From assembly GCA_052327205.1 (NCBI GenBank), contig CM126204.1, positions 161,014,001 through 161,078,000 on the forward strand: a stretch of 64,000 nt of DNA, given 5' to 3'. Source of the DNA: Somniosus microcephalus. Taxonomy: Eukaryota. The notes below the pieces were generated by a model. The model ran no database searches. It was not told where the DNA came from and was given only the letters and a program-made list of their open reading frames with translations. Positions within the stretch are counted from its first letter, which is position 1, and the number at the start of each line of letters is the position of its first letter. The position numbers and the translations under genes were made by a program. Of this stretch, positions 24,530-36,557 are shown in pieces.

Positions 24530-26470
24530 TGACCTCATGCTCTTTACACGGCCCCGCTCTCTCTCTCTGACCTCATGCTCTTTCCACGGCCCCGCTCTCT
24601 CTCTCTCTCTGACCTCATGCCCTTTCCACTGCCCCGCTCTCTCTCTGACCTCATGCTCTTTCCACGGCCCCACTCTCTCTCTCTGACCTCATGCCCTTTC
24701 CACTGCCCCGCTCTCTCTCGGACCTCACGCCCTTTCCACTGCCCCGCTCTCTCTCTCTGACCTCATGCCCTTTCCATGGCCCTGCTCTCTCTCTCTGACC
24801 TCATGCTCTTTCCACGGCCCCGCTCTCTCTCTCTGACCTCATGCCCTTTCCACTGCCCCGCTCTCTCTCTCTGACCTCATGCCCTTTCCACGGCCGCGCT
24901 CTCTCTCTGACCTCATGCCCTTTCCACTGCCCCGCTCCCTCTCTGACCTCATGCCCTTTCCACTGCCCCGCTCTCTCTCTGACCTCACGCCCTTTCCACG
25001 GCCCCGCTCTCTCTCTGACCTCACGCCCTTTCCACGGCCCCGCTCTCTCTCTGACCTCATGCCCTTTCCACGGCCCCGCTCTCTCTCTGACCTCATGCCC
25101 TTTCCACTGCCCCGCTCTCTCTCTGACCTCATGCCCTTTCCACTGTCCCGCTCTCTCTCTGACCTCATGCCCTTTCCACTGCCCCGCTCTCTCTCTGACC
25201 TCACGCCCTTTCCACGGCCCTGCTCTCTCTCTGACCTCATGCCCTTTCCACGGCCCCGCTCTCTCTCTGACCTCATGCCCTTTCCACTGCCCCGCTCTCT
25301 CTCTGACCTCATGCCCTTTCCACGGCCCCGCTCTCTCTCTGACCTCACGCCCTTTCCACTGCCCCGCTCTCTCTCTGACCTCACGCCATTTCCACTGCCC
25401 CGCTCTCTCTCTGACCTCACGCCCTTTCCACTGTCCCGCTCTCTCTCTGACCTCATGCTCTTTCCACTGCCCCGTGTGATGAAATATTCCATTCATCGCT
25501 CATCAGTATTTCTCTGCCTGTGACTGTGGTTGGTTTCAGTTTCATTTCCATTGTATTGTACTATGTGTAGGGCTCCGCCCATACCTGGCTCCTATGTAAG
25601 CTGGCCCAGCCTGCAGCACATCCAGTACGGCAGACCTCTGGATGGAAGATACATTCTCCTCTGTGTGTTACCTTTTAAGTCAATAAAAGCCTTGTTTTGT
25701 TTCGCTAACATCGAGTCTCGGATTTATTGAGGCACATCACCCCGCTCTCTCTCTCTGACCTCATGCCCTTTCCACTGCCCGCTCTCTCTCTCTGACCTCA
25801 TGCCCTTTCCACTGCCCGCTCTCTCTCTCTGACCTCACGCTCTTTCCACTGCCCCGCTCTCTCTCTGACCTCATGCCCTTTCCACGGCCCCGCTCTCTCT
25901 CTGACCTCATGCTGTTTCCACTGTCCCGCTCCCTCTCTGACCTCATGCCCTTTCCACTGCCCCGCTTCCTCTCTGACCTCATGCCTTTTCCACTGCCTCG
26001 CTCTCTCTCTGACCTCATGCCCTTTCCACTGCCCCGCTCTCTCTCTGACCTCATGCCCTTTCCACTGCCCCGCTCTCTCTCTGACCTAATGCCCTTTCCA
26101 CGGCCCCGCTCTCTCTCTGACCTCATGCTCTTTCCACTGCCCCGCTCTCTCTCTGACCTCACGCCTTTTCCACTGCCCCGCTCTCTCTCTGACCTCATGC
26201 CCTTTCCACTGTCCCGCTCCCTCTCTGACCTCATGCCCTTTCCACTGCCCCGCTCTCTCTCTGACCTCATGCCCTTTCCACTGCCCCGCTCTCTCTCTGA
26301 CCTCATGCCCTTTCCACTGCCCCGCTCTCTCTCTGACCTCATGCCCTTTCCACTTCCCCGCTCTCTCTCTGACCTCGTGCCATTTCCACTGTCCCGCTCT
26401 CTCTCTGACCTTATACTCTTTCCACTGCCCCACTCTCTCTCTGACCTCATGCTCTTTCCACTGCCCCGCT
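24530..26470. repeat. 36-bp minisatellite (CTGACCTCATGCCCTTTCCACTGCCCCGCTCTCTCT)n
   Basis: Visible periodicity; interrupted by a solo LTR at 25475-25739. Confidence 0.97.
25475..25739 (+). mobile_element. Solo LTR (265 bp)
   Basis: TG...CA termini, 5-bp TSD CCCCG (25470-74 and 25740-44), AATAAA at 25682. End GAGGCACATCA resembles the inner element LTR end. Confidence 0.88.
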
Positions 26471-26899
26471 GTCTCTTCCCCTCCCGCCACATTCAGATTG
26501 CACACAGAGACTCGCAGGTTTATGGTACCCACACCATCAGATCTTCATTAAACCCAAGTGGTCTGAATTCTGAGTTACCAATGATGTTGATGGAGCCTCG
26601 CCTGACATTCGAGCATATTGCAGGCAAGAAGCCCACGATCCACTCAGTTTAAGGGATAGATGGAGGCTCCCCCTCCCAGCCTCACTAGCACAGCCTCTGA
26701 TAATTGGTTCTCCATATGCCTACAAGTGATTTAGTTAAAGGAACACTTCTGCAGGTCAAGACATGATGAAGCAAAGCAGCTCTGTGACTGGTGCATTCAG
26801 TGTGGGGCCATCCTGTCCTCAGTGGTAGATTCTCATCGTGTAAGACTGGGTGACAGTTAAAGGTACACCATAAAGATCAGTTAAAGGCGCGCTGTAAAG

Positions 26900-27100
26900 T
26901 TGGCAGTCCCACTTCAGGATTTGAGCCCATAATCCAGGCTGACACTCCAGTGCAGTGCTGAGGTTGTGCTGCACTGCCGGAGGTGCTGTCTTTTGGATGA
27001 GACGTTAAACCGAAGCCCCATCTGCCCTCTCAGGTGGACGTAAAAGATCCCCTGGTGCTATTTGAAGAAGAGGAGGGCATTCTCCTGGTGCCTGGCCAAC
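26900..27100 (+). mobile_element. Deu-domain SINE fragment
   Basis: GGATGAGACGTTAAACCGAAGCCCC core. Confidence 0.7.
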
Positions 27101-27129
27101 ACCATCAGCAAATTCCATTCATAAATCAC

Positions 27130-27665
27130 CTTTAAAGTCCCACGGTGCTTCACTGAAGGGAAAATAAGGAGCTGATTCTGAGCAGTACTAGGAGAGTCAG
27201 GAGAGGTAATCAAAGTTAGTTGAAAAAAGTAAGCTTTTAATGATGGAGAGAGAAATAGAGAGGCAGAGGGGCTGAGGGAGTGGTTCCGGAGAGTAGGGCA
27301 GGGTGGGTGAAGACTGTGCTTGCTAAGGGTACAGGAGGATTGAAGGGTGCTGGAGTGGACAACCAGCTAGAGGAGGTTGCAGAGGTGGTGTGGGCTGGGC
27401 TGTGGGCTTGGGAGGATTTGAGGATGAGGACAAGGATTGGGCAGGGAACCAATGCAGATCAACAAGGATTGGGCAGGATATGGACAGCTGAGATTTGAAT
27501 GAGTTGTGGTTAATGAAAGGTGAAGGTTGGATGCCATCGAGGAGGAACAAAGTCTAGAGTCACTAAAAGCATGGATAAAGGTTTGGGAGGCTGTGGGTCT
27601 GAGGTAGGGGTGGAGGCTGGTGATGTTACTGAGGTGGGAGTTAGCACTCTTGTTAATGGATAGGA
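27130..27665 (-). mobile_element. Degenerate L2 fragment
   Basis: Diverged match to the L2 family above (AAAGCATGGATAAAGGTTT). Confidence 0.55.
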
Positions 27666-27989
27666 TGAGCCAACACTCACTGTTTAGGCTCAGGCTGGAG
27701 GGTGCCAGGAACTCCTGTGACCAGATTGCTTTGGGGAGTTAACACTTTCAGCAGAAAAGGAGAGAAGATGGGTAGAAAGTTACCAACAAAACAGGGACAC
27801 GGGAAAACTTCTCTAAAAATTGTCTCCTAAATGTGTTGACATTTGACAATTTGTCTAGTTGCTTCCAGTCATGAGCAGCTCAATCTCTTCAGCTTCTCCT
27901 TGCCACCTCCCATTCTCCTAAAACTCCAACTCATTTAAAACTTAGTCGCCTGATCCTGTCCTGTACAGAGTCCTGCTCATCCATCACCG

Positions 27990-28770
27990 CTGTGTATTCT
28001 GTGTGTTGGTGTGTGTGTGTTTTGTGTGTGTTGTGTGTTGGTGTGTGTGTTGTGTTGGTGTCTGTTGGGTGTGTGTTGTGTGTTGGTGTCTGTTGGGTGT
28101 GTGTTGTGTGTTGGTGTCTGTTGGGTGTGTGTTGTGTGTTGGTGTCTGTTGGGTGTGTGTTGTGTGTTGGTGTCTGTTGGGTGTGTGTTGTGTGTTGGTG
28201 TCTGTTGGGTGTGTGTTGTGTGTTGGTGTCTGTTGGGTGTGTGTTGTGTGTGTTGTGTGTGTTGTGTGTTGGTGTCTGTTGGGTGTGTGTTGTGTGTTGG
28301 TGTCTGTTGGGTGTGTGTTGTGTGTTGGTGTCTGTTGGGTGTGTGTTGTGTGTTGGTGTCTGTTGGGTGTGTGTTGTGTGTTGGTGTGTGTGCTGTGTTG
28401 TGTGTGTCTGCTGTATTGGTGTGTGTTGGTGTCTGTTGGGTGTTGTGTGTTGGTGTGTGTGTGCTGTGTTGGTGTGTGTTGTGTGTGTGTTGTGTGTTGC
28501 TGTCTGTTGGGTGTGCGTTGTGTGTGTTGTGTGTTGATGGCGGGTGTGTGTTGTGTGAGTTGTGTGGTGTCTGTTGGGTGTGTGTTGGGTGTGTGTTGTA
28601 TGTTGGTGTCTGTTGGGTGTGTGTTGTGTGTTAGTGTCTGTTGGGTGTGAGTTGTGTGTTGGTGTCTGTTGGGTGTGTGTTGTGTGTTGGTGTCAGGTGT
28701 GAATTGGTGTGTTGGTGTCTGTTGGGTGTGAGTTGGTGTGTTGGTGTCTGTTGGTGTGTGTGTTGTGTCT
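27990..28770. repeat. TG-rich 28-bp minisatellite (TGTTGGTGTCTGTTGGGTGTGTGTTGTG)n
   Basis: Visible periodicity, degenerating towards exon I. Confidence 0.95.
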
Positions 28771-28816
28771 GCTGTTCTAATCTAATCTTCTCCTTCTCTC
28801 CCGTTGACCTCCGCAG

Positions 28817-28954
28817 GCTGCTTCACAGTTGGAGGAATTCCATGAAATGCTTGACTTTGTGCTGAAGTGGGTGGAGAAAACGAAGAACCTCGGGTACAGT
28901 GCCATCAGCTGGCACTCTGCGGCTCAGCTCAACGACCAGCTGATGACCTACCAG
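28817..28954 (+). CDS. SYNE1: Nesprin-1 exon I (not in ORF track)
   Basis: CCGCAG acceptor, CAG|GTAGGA donor. Manual translation AASQLEEFHEMLDFVLKWVEKTKNLGYSAISWHSAAQLNDQLMTYQ. Confidence 0.92.
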
Positions 28955-29177
28955 GTAGGACACAAACTCCTTAACGTGCTTTTTATCAGTATTAGCACGA
29001 GTTAGTACTCATCTGCTAAACTGTTAGCAACTCCCGATATTCTGCCAGGAATCCTTCAGAGAAGTAATAAACTGATGTGTTCCATGAGAGCGGCCAACTA
29101 ATCCCACCAGACAGAAAATGATTTCATCTTGCACTACCACGTCTCTGAGTTTTTGAATGGGCTGTCATAGACTCATC

Positions 29178-29956
29178 GGGGGCAATTTTCACAGCCCTGG
29201 GGAGGCAGGTATGGAGGCGGGATTGCCGGGAAAATGGCAGAAACTGGGAGCGGGTACTGAACCCGCTCCCAGCCCGCCTCAATGCCATCTTCCCGGGAGG
29301 CGGGTCCCCGACTGCTCGAGGCGGGAATGGGATTACAGCCAATTAGCTGCCTGTTAATAGGCGGTTTTGAGGCTTATTCCCATTTTACGCCTGCAAGTGC
29401 GGACTTCCCGACAGCTGCGAACCTCGCCAGGGTCAACGAGGCGAGTAGTGGGTCTACAGGGGTGAGAGGGGTCGTAAAGTCCGCTGTGAAGGTGAGTGAT
29501 GGGTGCAAGTGTGGAGAGGTAAGTATGAGAGGTGAGTGTAAAGTGTTAAAAAAAAAGTTTCCTTACCTTTGCTTCTTCCTGTAGGCTTCAACACTGGGGA
29601 TCCGGAGGTGCCTCATCTCAATGACAGAAATGACAGAATAGCTGCTGCATTCTCAGATGCAGCAGCCATCTGATTTCTGCTGAGGAAAGAGGTTTTGGTG
29701 AGTCTTTGTGCAAGGGCTCACCTTAGAACAGAGAATATCTGTGTGACAGCTTCTCAAAGCTGTCAAACGCTGACAGTTCATCTGTCAATTTTTGACAGAT
29801 GAAACGTCATACGCTGACGTTCTCTGTCACCGGCTTTCCGTTAATTGGCTGGCTAAGCCCGCAGGGTGGGCTTAATAAGATCAATCAAGGGAAAATAGCG
29901 TGGGGGCGGGACTGAAACCCGACAACCAACACGCCCCCATTGACAAAATCCAGCCC
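29178..29956. mobile_element. Probable Harbinger-like MITE
   Basis: GGGGGCAATTTT ... AAAATCCAGCCC imperfect TIRs; no clear TSD. Confidence 0.5.
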
Positions 29957-30024
29957 AGTGAATCAGACAGCATTGGATTTAGTGCAACTATGTATGCATG
30001 TCCCATAGTTCATTTAAGAAGTAC

Positions 30025-32015
30025 TTATAGAATCATACAGTGCATTCGGCCCATCATGACTGTGCCGATTCTTTGAAAGAGCTATCCGATTCGTCCCACT
30101 CCCTTGCTCTTTCCCCAGAGCCCTACAAGTTTTTCGTTTTCAGTTATTTACCCAATTTCCTTTTGAAAGTCACTATTGAATCTGCTTCCACCACCCTTTC
30201 AGGCAGTGCATTCCAGATCATAACAACTTGCTGCATGAAAAAAATGTTCTCCTCGTCTCTCCTCTGGTTCTTTTTCCAATTATCTTTTCTGTGTCCTCTG
30301 GTTACTGACCCTCTTACCAGTTGAAACAGTTTCTCCCTATCTACTCTATCAAATCCCTTCATACTTTTGAACATCTCTATTAAAACTCCTATTAAAACCC
30401 ATCGTTTCAGCCTGTTCTTGCCCCACGGAACTTATCTCTTCCTATCTTGACTCTATCTTTTCTCCCCTTGTCCAGTCTCTTCCCACCTACATCCGCGACT
30501 CTTCGGACGCCCTCCGCCACTTTAACAGTTTCCTGGCCCCAACCGCTTCCTTTTCACCATGGACGTACAATCCCTCTACACCTCCATCCCCCACCCGGAT
30601 GGCCTGAGGGCGCTCCGCTTCTTCCTTGAACAGAGGCCCGACCAGTCCCCATCCACCACCACCCTCCTCCGCCTGGCTGAACTTGTTCTCACATTGAACA
30701 ACTTCTCCTTTAACTCCACTCATTTCCTCCAAATCAAAGGTGTTGCCATGGGTACCCGCATGGGTCCTAGCTATGCCTGCCTTTTCGTGGGCTATGTGGA
30801 ACAATCTTTGTTCCAGTCCTACTCGGGTCCCCTCCCTCACCTCTTTTTCCGATACATTGATGACTGTATCGGTGCCGTTTCCTGCTCTCGTCCCGAACGT
30901 GACAATTTCATTCACTTTGCCTCCAATTTCCACCCTTCCCTCACCTTCACATGGTCCATCCCTCCCGGAACCACGATAGGGTTCCCCTTGTCCTCACCTT
31001 TCACCCCACCAGCCTCCACATTCAACGGATCATCCTCCGGCATTTCCGCTACCTCCAAAGTGATCCCACCACCAAACGTATCTTCCCCTCCCCTCCCCTT
31101 TCAGCATTCCGCAGGGACCGCTCCCTCCAAGACACCCTAGTCCACTCCTCTATCACCCCAAACAGCCCTTCCCCTGGCACCTTCCCGTGCAAGCGGAGGA
31201 GATGTAACACCTGCCCCTATACCTCCCCCCCTTCCCACTGTCCAGGGCCCCAAACACCCCTTCCAGGTGAAACAGCGATTTACTTGTACTTCTCGCAATC
31301 TAGTATACTGTATTCGCTGCTCACGATGCGGTCTCCTCTACATTGGGGAGACCAAACGCAGATTGGGTGACCGCTTTGCGGAACACCTCTGTTCAGTCCG
31401 TAAGGGTGACCCCGAGCTTCCGGTCGCCTGTCATTTTAATTCACCGCTCCATTCCCACTCGGACCTCACCGTCCTTGGCCTCTTGTATTGTTCCACGGAA
31501 GCTCAACGTAAACTCGAGGAACAGCACCTCATCTTCCGATTAGGCACTCTGCAGCCTTCCGGACTCAATATCGAGTTCAACAGTTTCAGATCATAACCTC
31601 GGCCCCTATTTCATTTTTTCTTGTAATTTTTCCACTCCTTTCCCCCCCCCCTTTCCTTTTGTTTCGCTCTCACACCTGGCAGCTATCCCTTGCCCTGCCA
31701 GTACACTTTACACCCAATCTCAGCCTATTACCATCTCGTCTAGCTTCTAACACCTTTTATTGTCTCTTTTTTACTTCTTTTGTTTCTTTTATTCTTTTGT
31801 CCGATCGCAGCCCTGCCTCCGATCTATCTTTTCTTTCCAGTTTTGAAGAAGGGTTCGACCCGAAACGTCAACTCAAATTTCTGTCCACGGATGTTGCCTG
31901 ACCTGCTGAGTTTTTCCAGCATTTTCTGTTGTTATTTCCTGTTAACCTTTTCTGCTCTAAGGAGAACAATCTCAGTTTCTCTAGTCTCTCCACATAACTG
32001 AAGTCCCTCATCACT
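30025..32015 (-). mobile_element. CR1 fragment split by the Penelope insertion (~30025-30392 and ~31936-32015)
   Basis: Minus-strand SYVERLEKL continues as KGFDRVDREKLF...WNALPERVVEA across the insert. Confidence 0.8.
30395..31935 (+). mobile_element. Penelope-like element, 5'-truncated and internally deleted, inserted in a CR1 fragment
   Basis: PLE-type RT (MDVQSLYTSI, GVAMGTRMGPSYA, FRYIDD), GIY-YIG nuclease (VYCIRCSRCGLLYIGETKR), 3' tail with a hammerhead-like motif. Confidence 0.93.
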
Positions 32016-32459
32016 GGTCTCACGGATGAGGGACTTGGGATTCTGAAGACACTAGAATGCCTGGAAATTTTGAAGGTGTAAACCAGAGATCCAATTAGGG
32101 TGCAGTTTATACCTGAATGAGTAGAAAGTGGCTTTGCATGATACAAATGGAAAGCTCCTAATTTTCCAAAGTCAGCTCATTAGCATAAGCCTGGGTGCAA
32201 ATTGGAAAATGACATGCAAGTCAAATTTAAAGGGATGGGGACAATTAAAGCGGAATGTTAGAATGGCGGGGGGGTGGTGGGAGGGGAAATATTTCTTTGA
32301 GAAGCTCAGAAGAAACCTCAACCCAGAAGCAGCCTTTGGCTGAAGCAGAGGAAGACTTAAGAAGCAAACATGAAGGGAAAAGAAATGGGAAGTGCCATCA
32401 TAAGCCTGCAGGCTGGCGAGGGAGCCGCCCAGCACCTGTCCCCTCAGGTAAAGGTGTTA

Positions 32460-32945
32460 AAAGAAAGAAAGACTTGCATTTCTATAGCGCCTTTCATGAC
32501 CACCGGATGTCTCAAAGCACTTTACAGCCAACGAAGTACTTTTTGAAGTGTAGTCACTGTTGTAATGTAGGAAATGTTGCTGCATGAGGTTCTTGTGACA
32601 AGGATTTGCCCCCCTCTGTGCCACTCCGCAGCGCCACTCCCACGGGACGGCATTGTACATGCCCCCAAGGAGGTGGGCCCTGGTTTCAGGCTGCAGCTGA
32701 CCATCACCTCCCCCTGCGTATGCCAGCTCTGTGCCGCATGGGGTGTCCTTGCAGCAGACGGCATCTAAAACATGATCTGGTCATTTCTTTCATTGTTTGT
32801 GGGATCTTGCTGTACACAAATGAGCTGCCACGATTCCCACATTACAACAGCGTCTACACTTCAAAAAGTACTTCATTGGCTGTAAAGCACTTTGGGACGT
32901 CTTGAGGTCATGAAAGGTGCTGTATAAATGCAAATCTTTCTTTTC
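32460..32945. mobile_element. Two SINE 3' tails in inverted orientation
   Basis: 32461-32580 (minus) and ~32770-32945 (plus) are mutually reverse-complementary. Confidence 0.75.
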
Positions 32946-33131
32946 ACGTCCAATGTTTAACTCTTCACTCCACTCATTTGCTGTTTGTGGGATCTTGCTG
33001 TGCAAGCTCTCCACCACATTTACTTACAAAATTACGCTAATTTCATTTAAGAAGTAACTAATTGGTTGTCGGTTGCTCCGGGATGTCCTAAGGCCCTATA
33101 TCAATTCCAAAGTCCTTCCTTTCCCCTTTAG

Positions 33132-33317
33132 GCTACACTGCGCGAATCTGAGGAAATCCAGAGCGACCTGCAGGCCATGAGTGAGAAGTTAGACAGCGTG
33201 AGCGATGTGTATCAGACGGGTGCCATGTCTCAGCACGTGAGCGATCTCCGCCGACAGACAGAAGAGCTCCAGCAACTTACGCGAACCCGGCTACAAAGCC
33301 TGCAAGATGCAGCTAAG
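33132..33317 (+). CDS. SYNE1: Nesprin-1 exon J
   Basis: CTTTAG acceptor, AAG|GTAAAC donor. ESEEIQSDLQAMSEKL...RLQSLQDAAK. Confidence 0.93.
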
Positions 33318-33614
33318 GTAAACCAGCCACCCGACTCATTTACAGCTGGTCCGCTGTCCATTCTTACCGACACTTGTGGCAAAATTAGAGTGAGAGTGAG
33401 CGAGAGCAGAATGCTGCTTCCACAGCTCTTGGTACTGAACACCAACATAGCAGTGTTGCTGATTAACACCAAGTGAAGGCTGAGGTACATACATTTGTGT
33501 CAGAAAGTTGGATTAGATTCCCACTCAAAAAAAAAAAAAAACCCGCTGTGGATCCTTCCTGTGAAAAATATCACAATGAATTTAAAACTTGAGGCTGTAC
33601 TCCATGTAATGGGC

Positions 33615-33935
33615 TACATGGAATTTACAGCACTGAAACAGGCCATTCGGCCCAACAGGTCTAGGCTGGTGTTTATGCTCCACACGAGCCTCCTCCCACC
33701 TTACTTCATCTCACCCTATCAACATATCATCTAGTCCTTTCTCCTTCATGTACTTATCTAGCTTCCCCTTAAATGCATCTATGCTATTCGCCTCAACCAC
33801 TCCCTGTGGTAGCGAGTTCCCCATTCTCACCACTCTCTGGGTAAAGAAGTTTCTCCTGAATTCCTTATTGGATTTATTAGTGACTGTCTTACATTTATGG
33901 CCCCTAGTTTTGGACTCTCCCACAAGCAAAAACAT
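33615..33935 (-). mobile_element. CR1 3' fragment
   Basis: KTRGHK...RRNFFTQRVVRMGNSLP on the minus strand. Confidence 0.88.
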
Positions 33936-34514
33936 TTTATTCTGATTCACCTTCATCTTCCATTTGTAGTGACCCTTTATTTACGTGGCATTATCATATA
34001 TTAATGTTTCTTAGGATGAGGTATTTACAGAAGGGATATCAGCGTTTAATCATTCCTTGGCAGCGGGTGAAAAATGAGCTAGCCGAAGAGACATAGACAA
34101 CTCTCCAATACATCCCACTAATACTCTGTGTGGTTCTGGTTCCCATTACCTCTCCTTTCTTTCCCTGAGCCGTTTCTGTTTGTTACGGCCTCTCCCCAGG
34201 CCAGGCCATACGCCACTTGAAAACAGGAGCACGGTTCGGAATGGATGAGCTCGAGGTGCAACACCTGCCTCTTCTCCTACGAGCCTCCTTGGCCTCCATT
34301 CGGTGTTTCATCGCGGGTGAAGATATGTATGTGGGGCATATAATGGGAGGCTGATGCTTGTTTTGTGTCTCCGCCCAAGCCAAATTTCTTGCAGGCCTTT
34401 CCACTCCACCCTCTGATCAAAGCCACCAAACTACTTTGATATATTAAAGTAGAATTTGATGCAGTTTTGTGCAAGGGACTGAGATTAGTGTCCTTGCTGC
34501 TTTTGTATGGATTA

Positions 34515-34935
34515 TTTTCCAGAAAAGAGAAGGCTGAGGGGTGACCTAGTAGAGTCTTTAAAATTATGAAGGGGTTCGATAAGGTAGACATAGAGAAGAT
34601 GTTTCCGCTTCTGGGGAAGTCCAAAACTATTGGCCATAAATATAAGAAAGTCACTAATAAATCCAATAAAGAATTCAAGAGAAACTTTTTTACCCAGAGA
34701 GTGGTTAGAATGGGGAACTCGCAACCACAAGGAGTGGTTGATGTGAATATCATAGATGCATTTAAGGGGAAGCTAGATAAATATATGAGGGAGAAAGGAA
34801 TAGAAGGATATTCTCTAGGGTGATATTCTGATAGGGTGAGATGAAATAAGGTGGGTGGAGGCTGGTGTGGAGCATAAACACTGGCACAGACCAGTTGGGC
34901 CAAATGGCCTGTTTCTGTGCTGTAAATTCTATGTA
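34515..34935 (+). mobile_element. CR1 3' fragment
   Basis: KGFDKVDIEKMFP...RNFFTQRVVR. Confidence 0.88.
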
Positions 34936-36324
34936 ATTTCACTGAGCTCACCAAGTTCAAAGACCGTGAAAGTCTAATTTCCACCCATACAATGATCATA
35001 TTCGATTCACATTCATCCTGAAGTAATAATGAAATGTGGAATAACAGATAGCAAGGATGAGCTATAAGGTTGCAACTAAATCTAGGGGCTTTGATGATAT
35101 AAAATCACAATCTTCAAATATTTTACAAATAAAACCAATATTCTAACATTTTTTTCATGTTTAGTTTCTGGCAACCAATTGTTGGGAAACAAATCAGCCA
35201 ATGTATATTATAAAATGGCCCACTACACACAATGAAACTGCTCGCAGGGTATAAGATTTCCTATCTGTATCCCACAATACTTAGAGATCAAGGGGGTGTA
35301 ATTATGATTCTTGGTTTACAAAGACTTCGAGCGGGAGTCGATTGTTTTATATTTAATCTCATTTAGTGCCTCACATGGTTTATTATTTTCCAATGTAGGA
35401 ACGTTGTACCTCATTAGGAACAGGACGCTGGATTTTAGTCTCTCAACTTCAAGCTGTAGTCCCATTTTAAGGACTGATGTCTGTTCTTTTCTGATCACAA
35501 TCAGTGGACAGTGTACGGGCTGTTAGTGTGCAGCAGATTGAGAAGCCGATTGGAGTGTTCACCTTTATTCTTTAGGGATCATCGTAGGGTGTCTTTCAAC
35601 ATGGGTGTTGACGTAATAAAACTCACTACACACTTGGTTTGAGCATAAAGCAAGGCTTGTTTCAGAACATGGAGGTCTAGTTGTACTTCACTAGTTCCTT
35701 GTCTTACAAAATGTCCCTGTTAGCTGGGGCCGACGCCCGAGTATTTATACTCCTTGGACGGCGCCACCAGCTGGCTGTCCAGCGTTATTTCACGAGTAGT
35801 TACTTGATGAATGATGAGATTTATAACATTCTTCCTGCCTAAAAGATTTGGAAGTCCAACGACTTCCTCTTAGCGGATCAGGTGGACCACGAATAGCCGC
35901 AGTCTCTTAGATTTTTGTTTATGGCTAGAAGGCACGTCTCCCCGGACCGTGTCTTGGTCCCTGGGCTGCTTGATCCGTATCGGTGGATCGACAGGGCCCG
36001 TGTTGCTCTGATCGACACGAGGGAGGCTGGGGAGATCTTGACTCCGGGTGCGGGTCCCCACAGGCGCAGAACTGGCTTCATCCTGTTGGATAGCCGGGGA
36101 TTTACTGGCGTCCTGGCCTCGGTGTTGTGTATTTTGAATGTGTATTAGAATTGTCCCACATGGGATACCATAGTGGTGATTTGCAATGCACCATGGGAAA
36201 TGTAGTTCATTGAGTGAAGAAGCACATTGTAAATAAAATGGCCGTTAACTAAACTCTCCACCCCGGAGTCCTTCTTAATTGTTATATAGGTAAGGGTATA
36301 AAACCCCTTGAGACACAACAAAAC

Positions 36325-36338
36325 TGGCGACGAGGATG
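36325..36338 (+). promoter_or_regulatory. Primer binding site, tRNA-Ser(GCU)-like
   Basis: TGGCGACGAGGATG lies 4 nt after the 5' LTR and is complementary to the 3' end of vertebrate tRNA-Ser(GCT) as recalled. Confidence 0.8.
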
Positions 36339-36557
36339 ACGGACTTGTGCATCACTTTGCACTGGAATCGGCGATGTTTAAAGTAAGAAGTTCCTGTCTT
36401 TTCTTAATGGCGCGCCCGCAGTTTAGTGCTGATGCAATTCGTGTGTTACACAAATAAGAAGGGGGAGAGTAATGATACAGTGAAATGAAGTGGAGGAAAA
36501 GGACTGTTTAAAAAAAAAAGTGGAGGAAAAGGACTAAAGAAAAAAAAAGAAAACAAA

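Noticed and set aside
24801-26652. Repetitive ORFs on both strands
   Set aside because: Translations of the 36-bp minisatellite.
27992-28650. Cys/Val-rich ORFs resembling metallothionein or keratin-associated proteins
   Set aside because: TG repeat open in all three frames.
34140-34420. Unassigned segment that might be an extra exon or LINE end
   Set aside because: No convincing splice sites or recognisable protein motif; exons J and K already join in frame.
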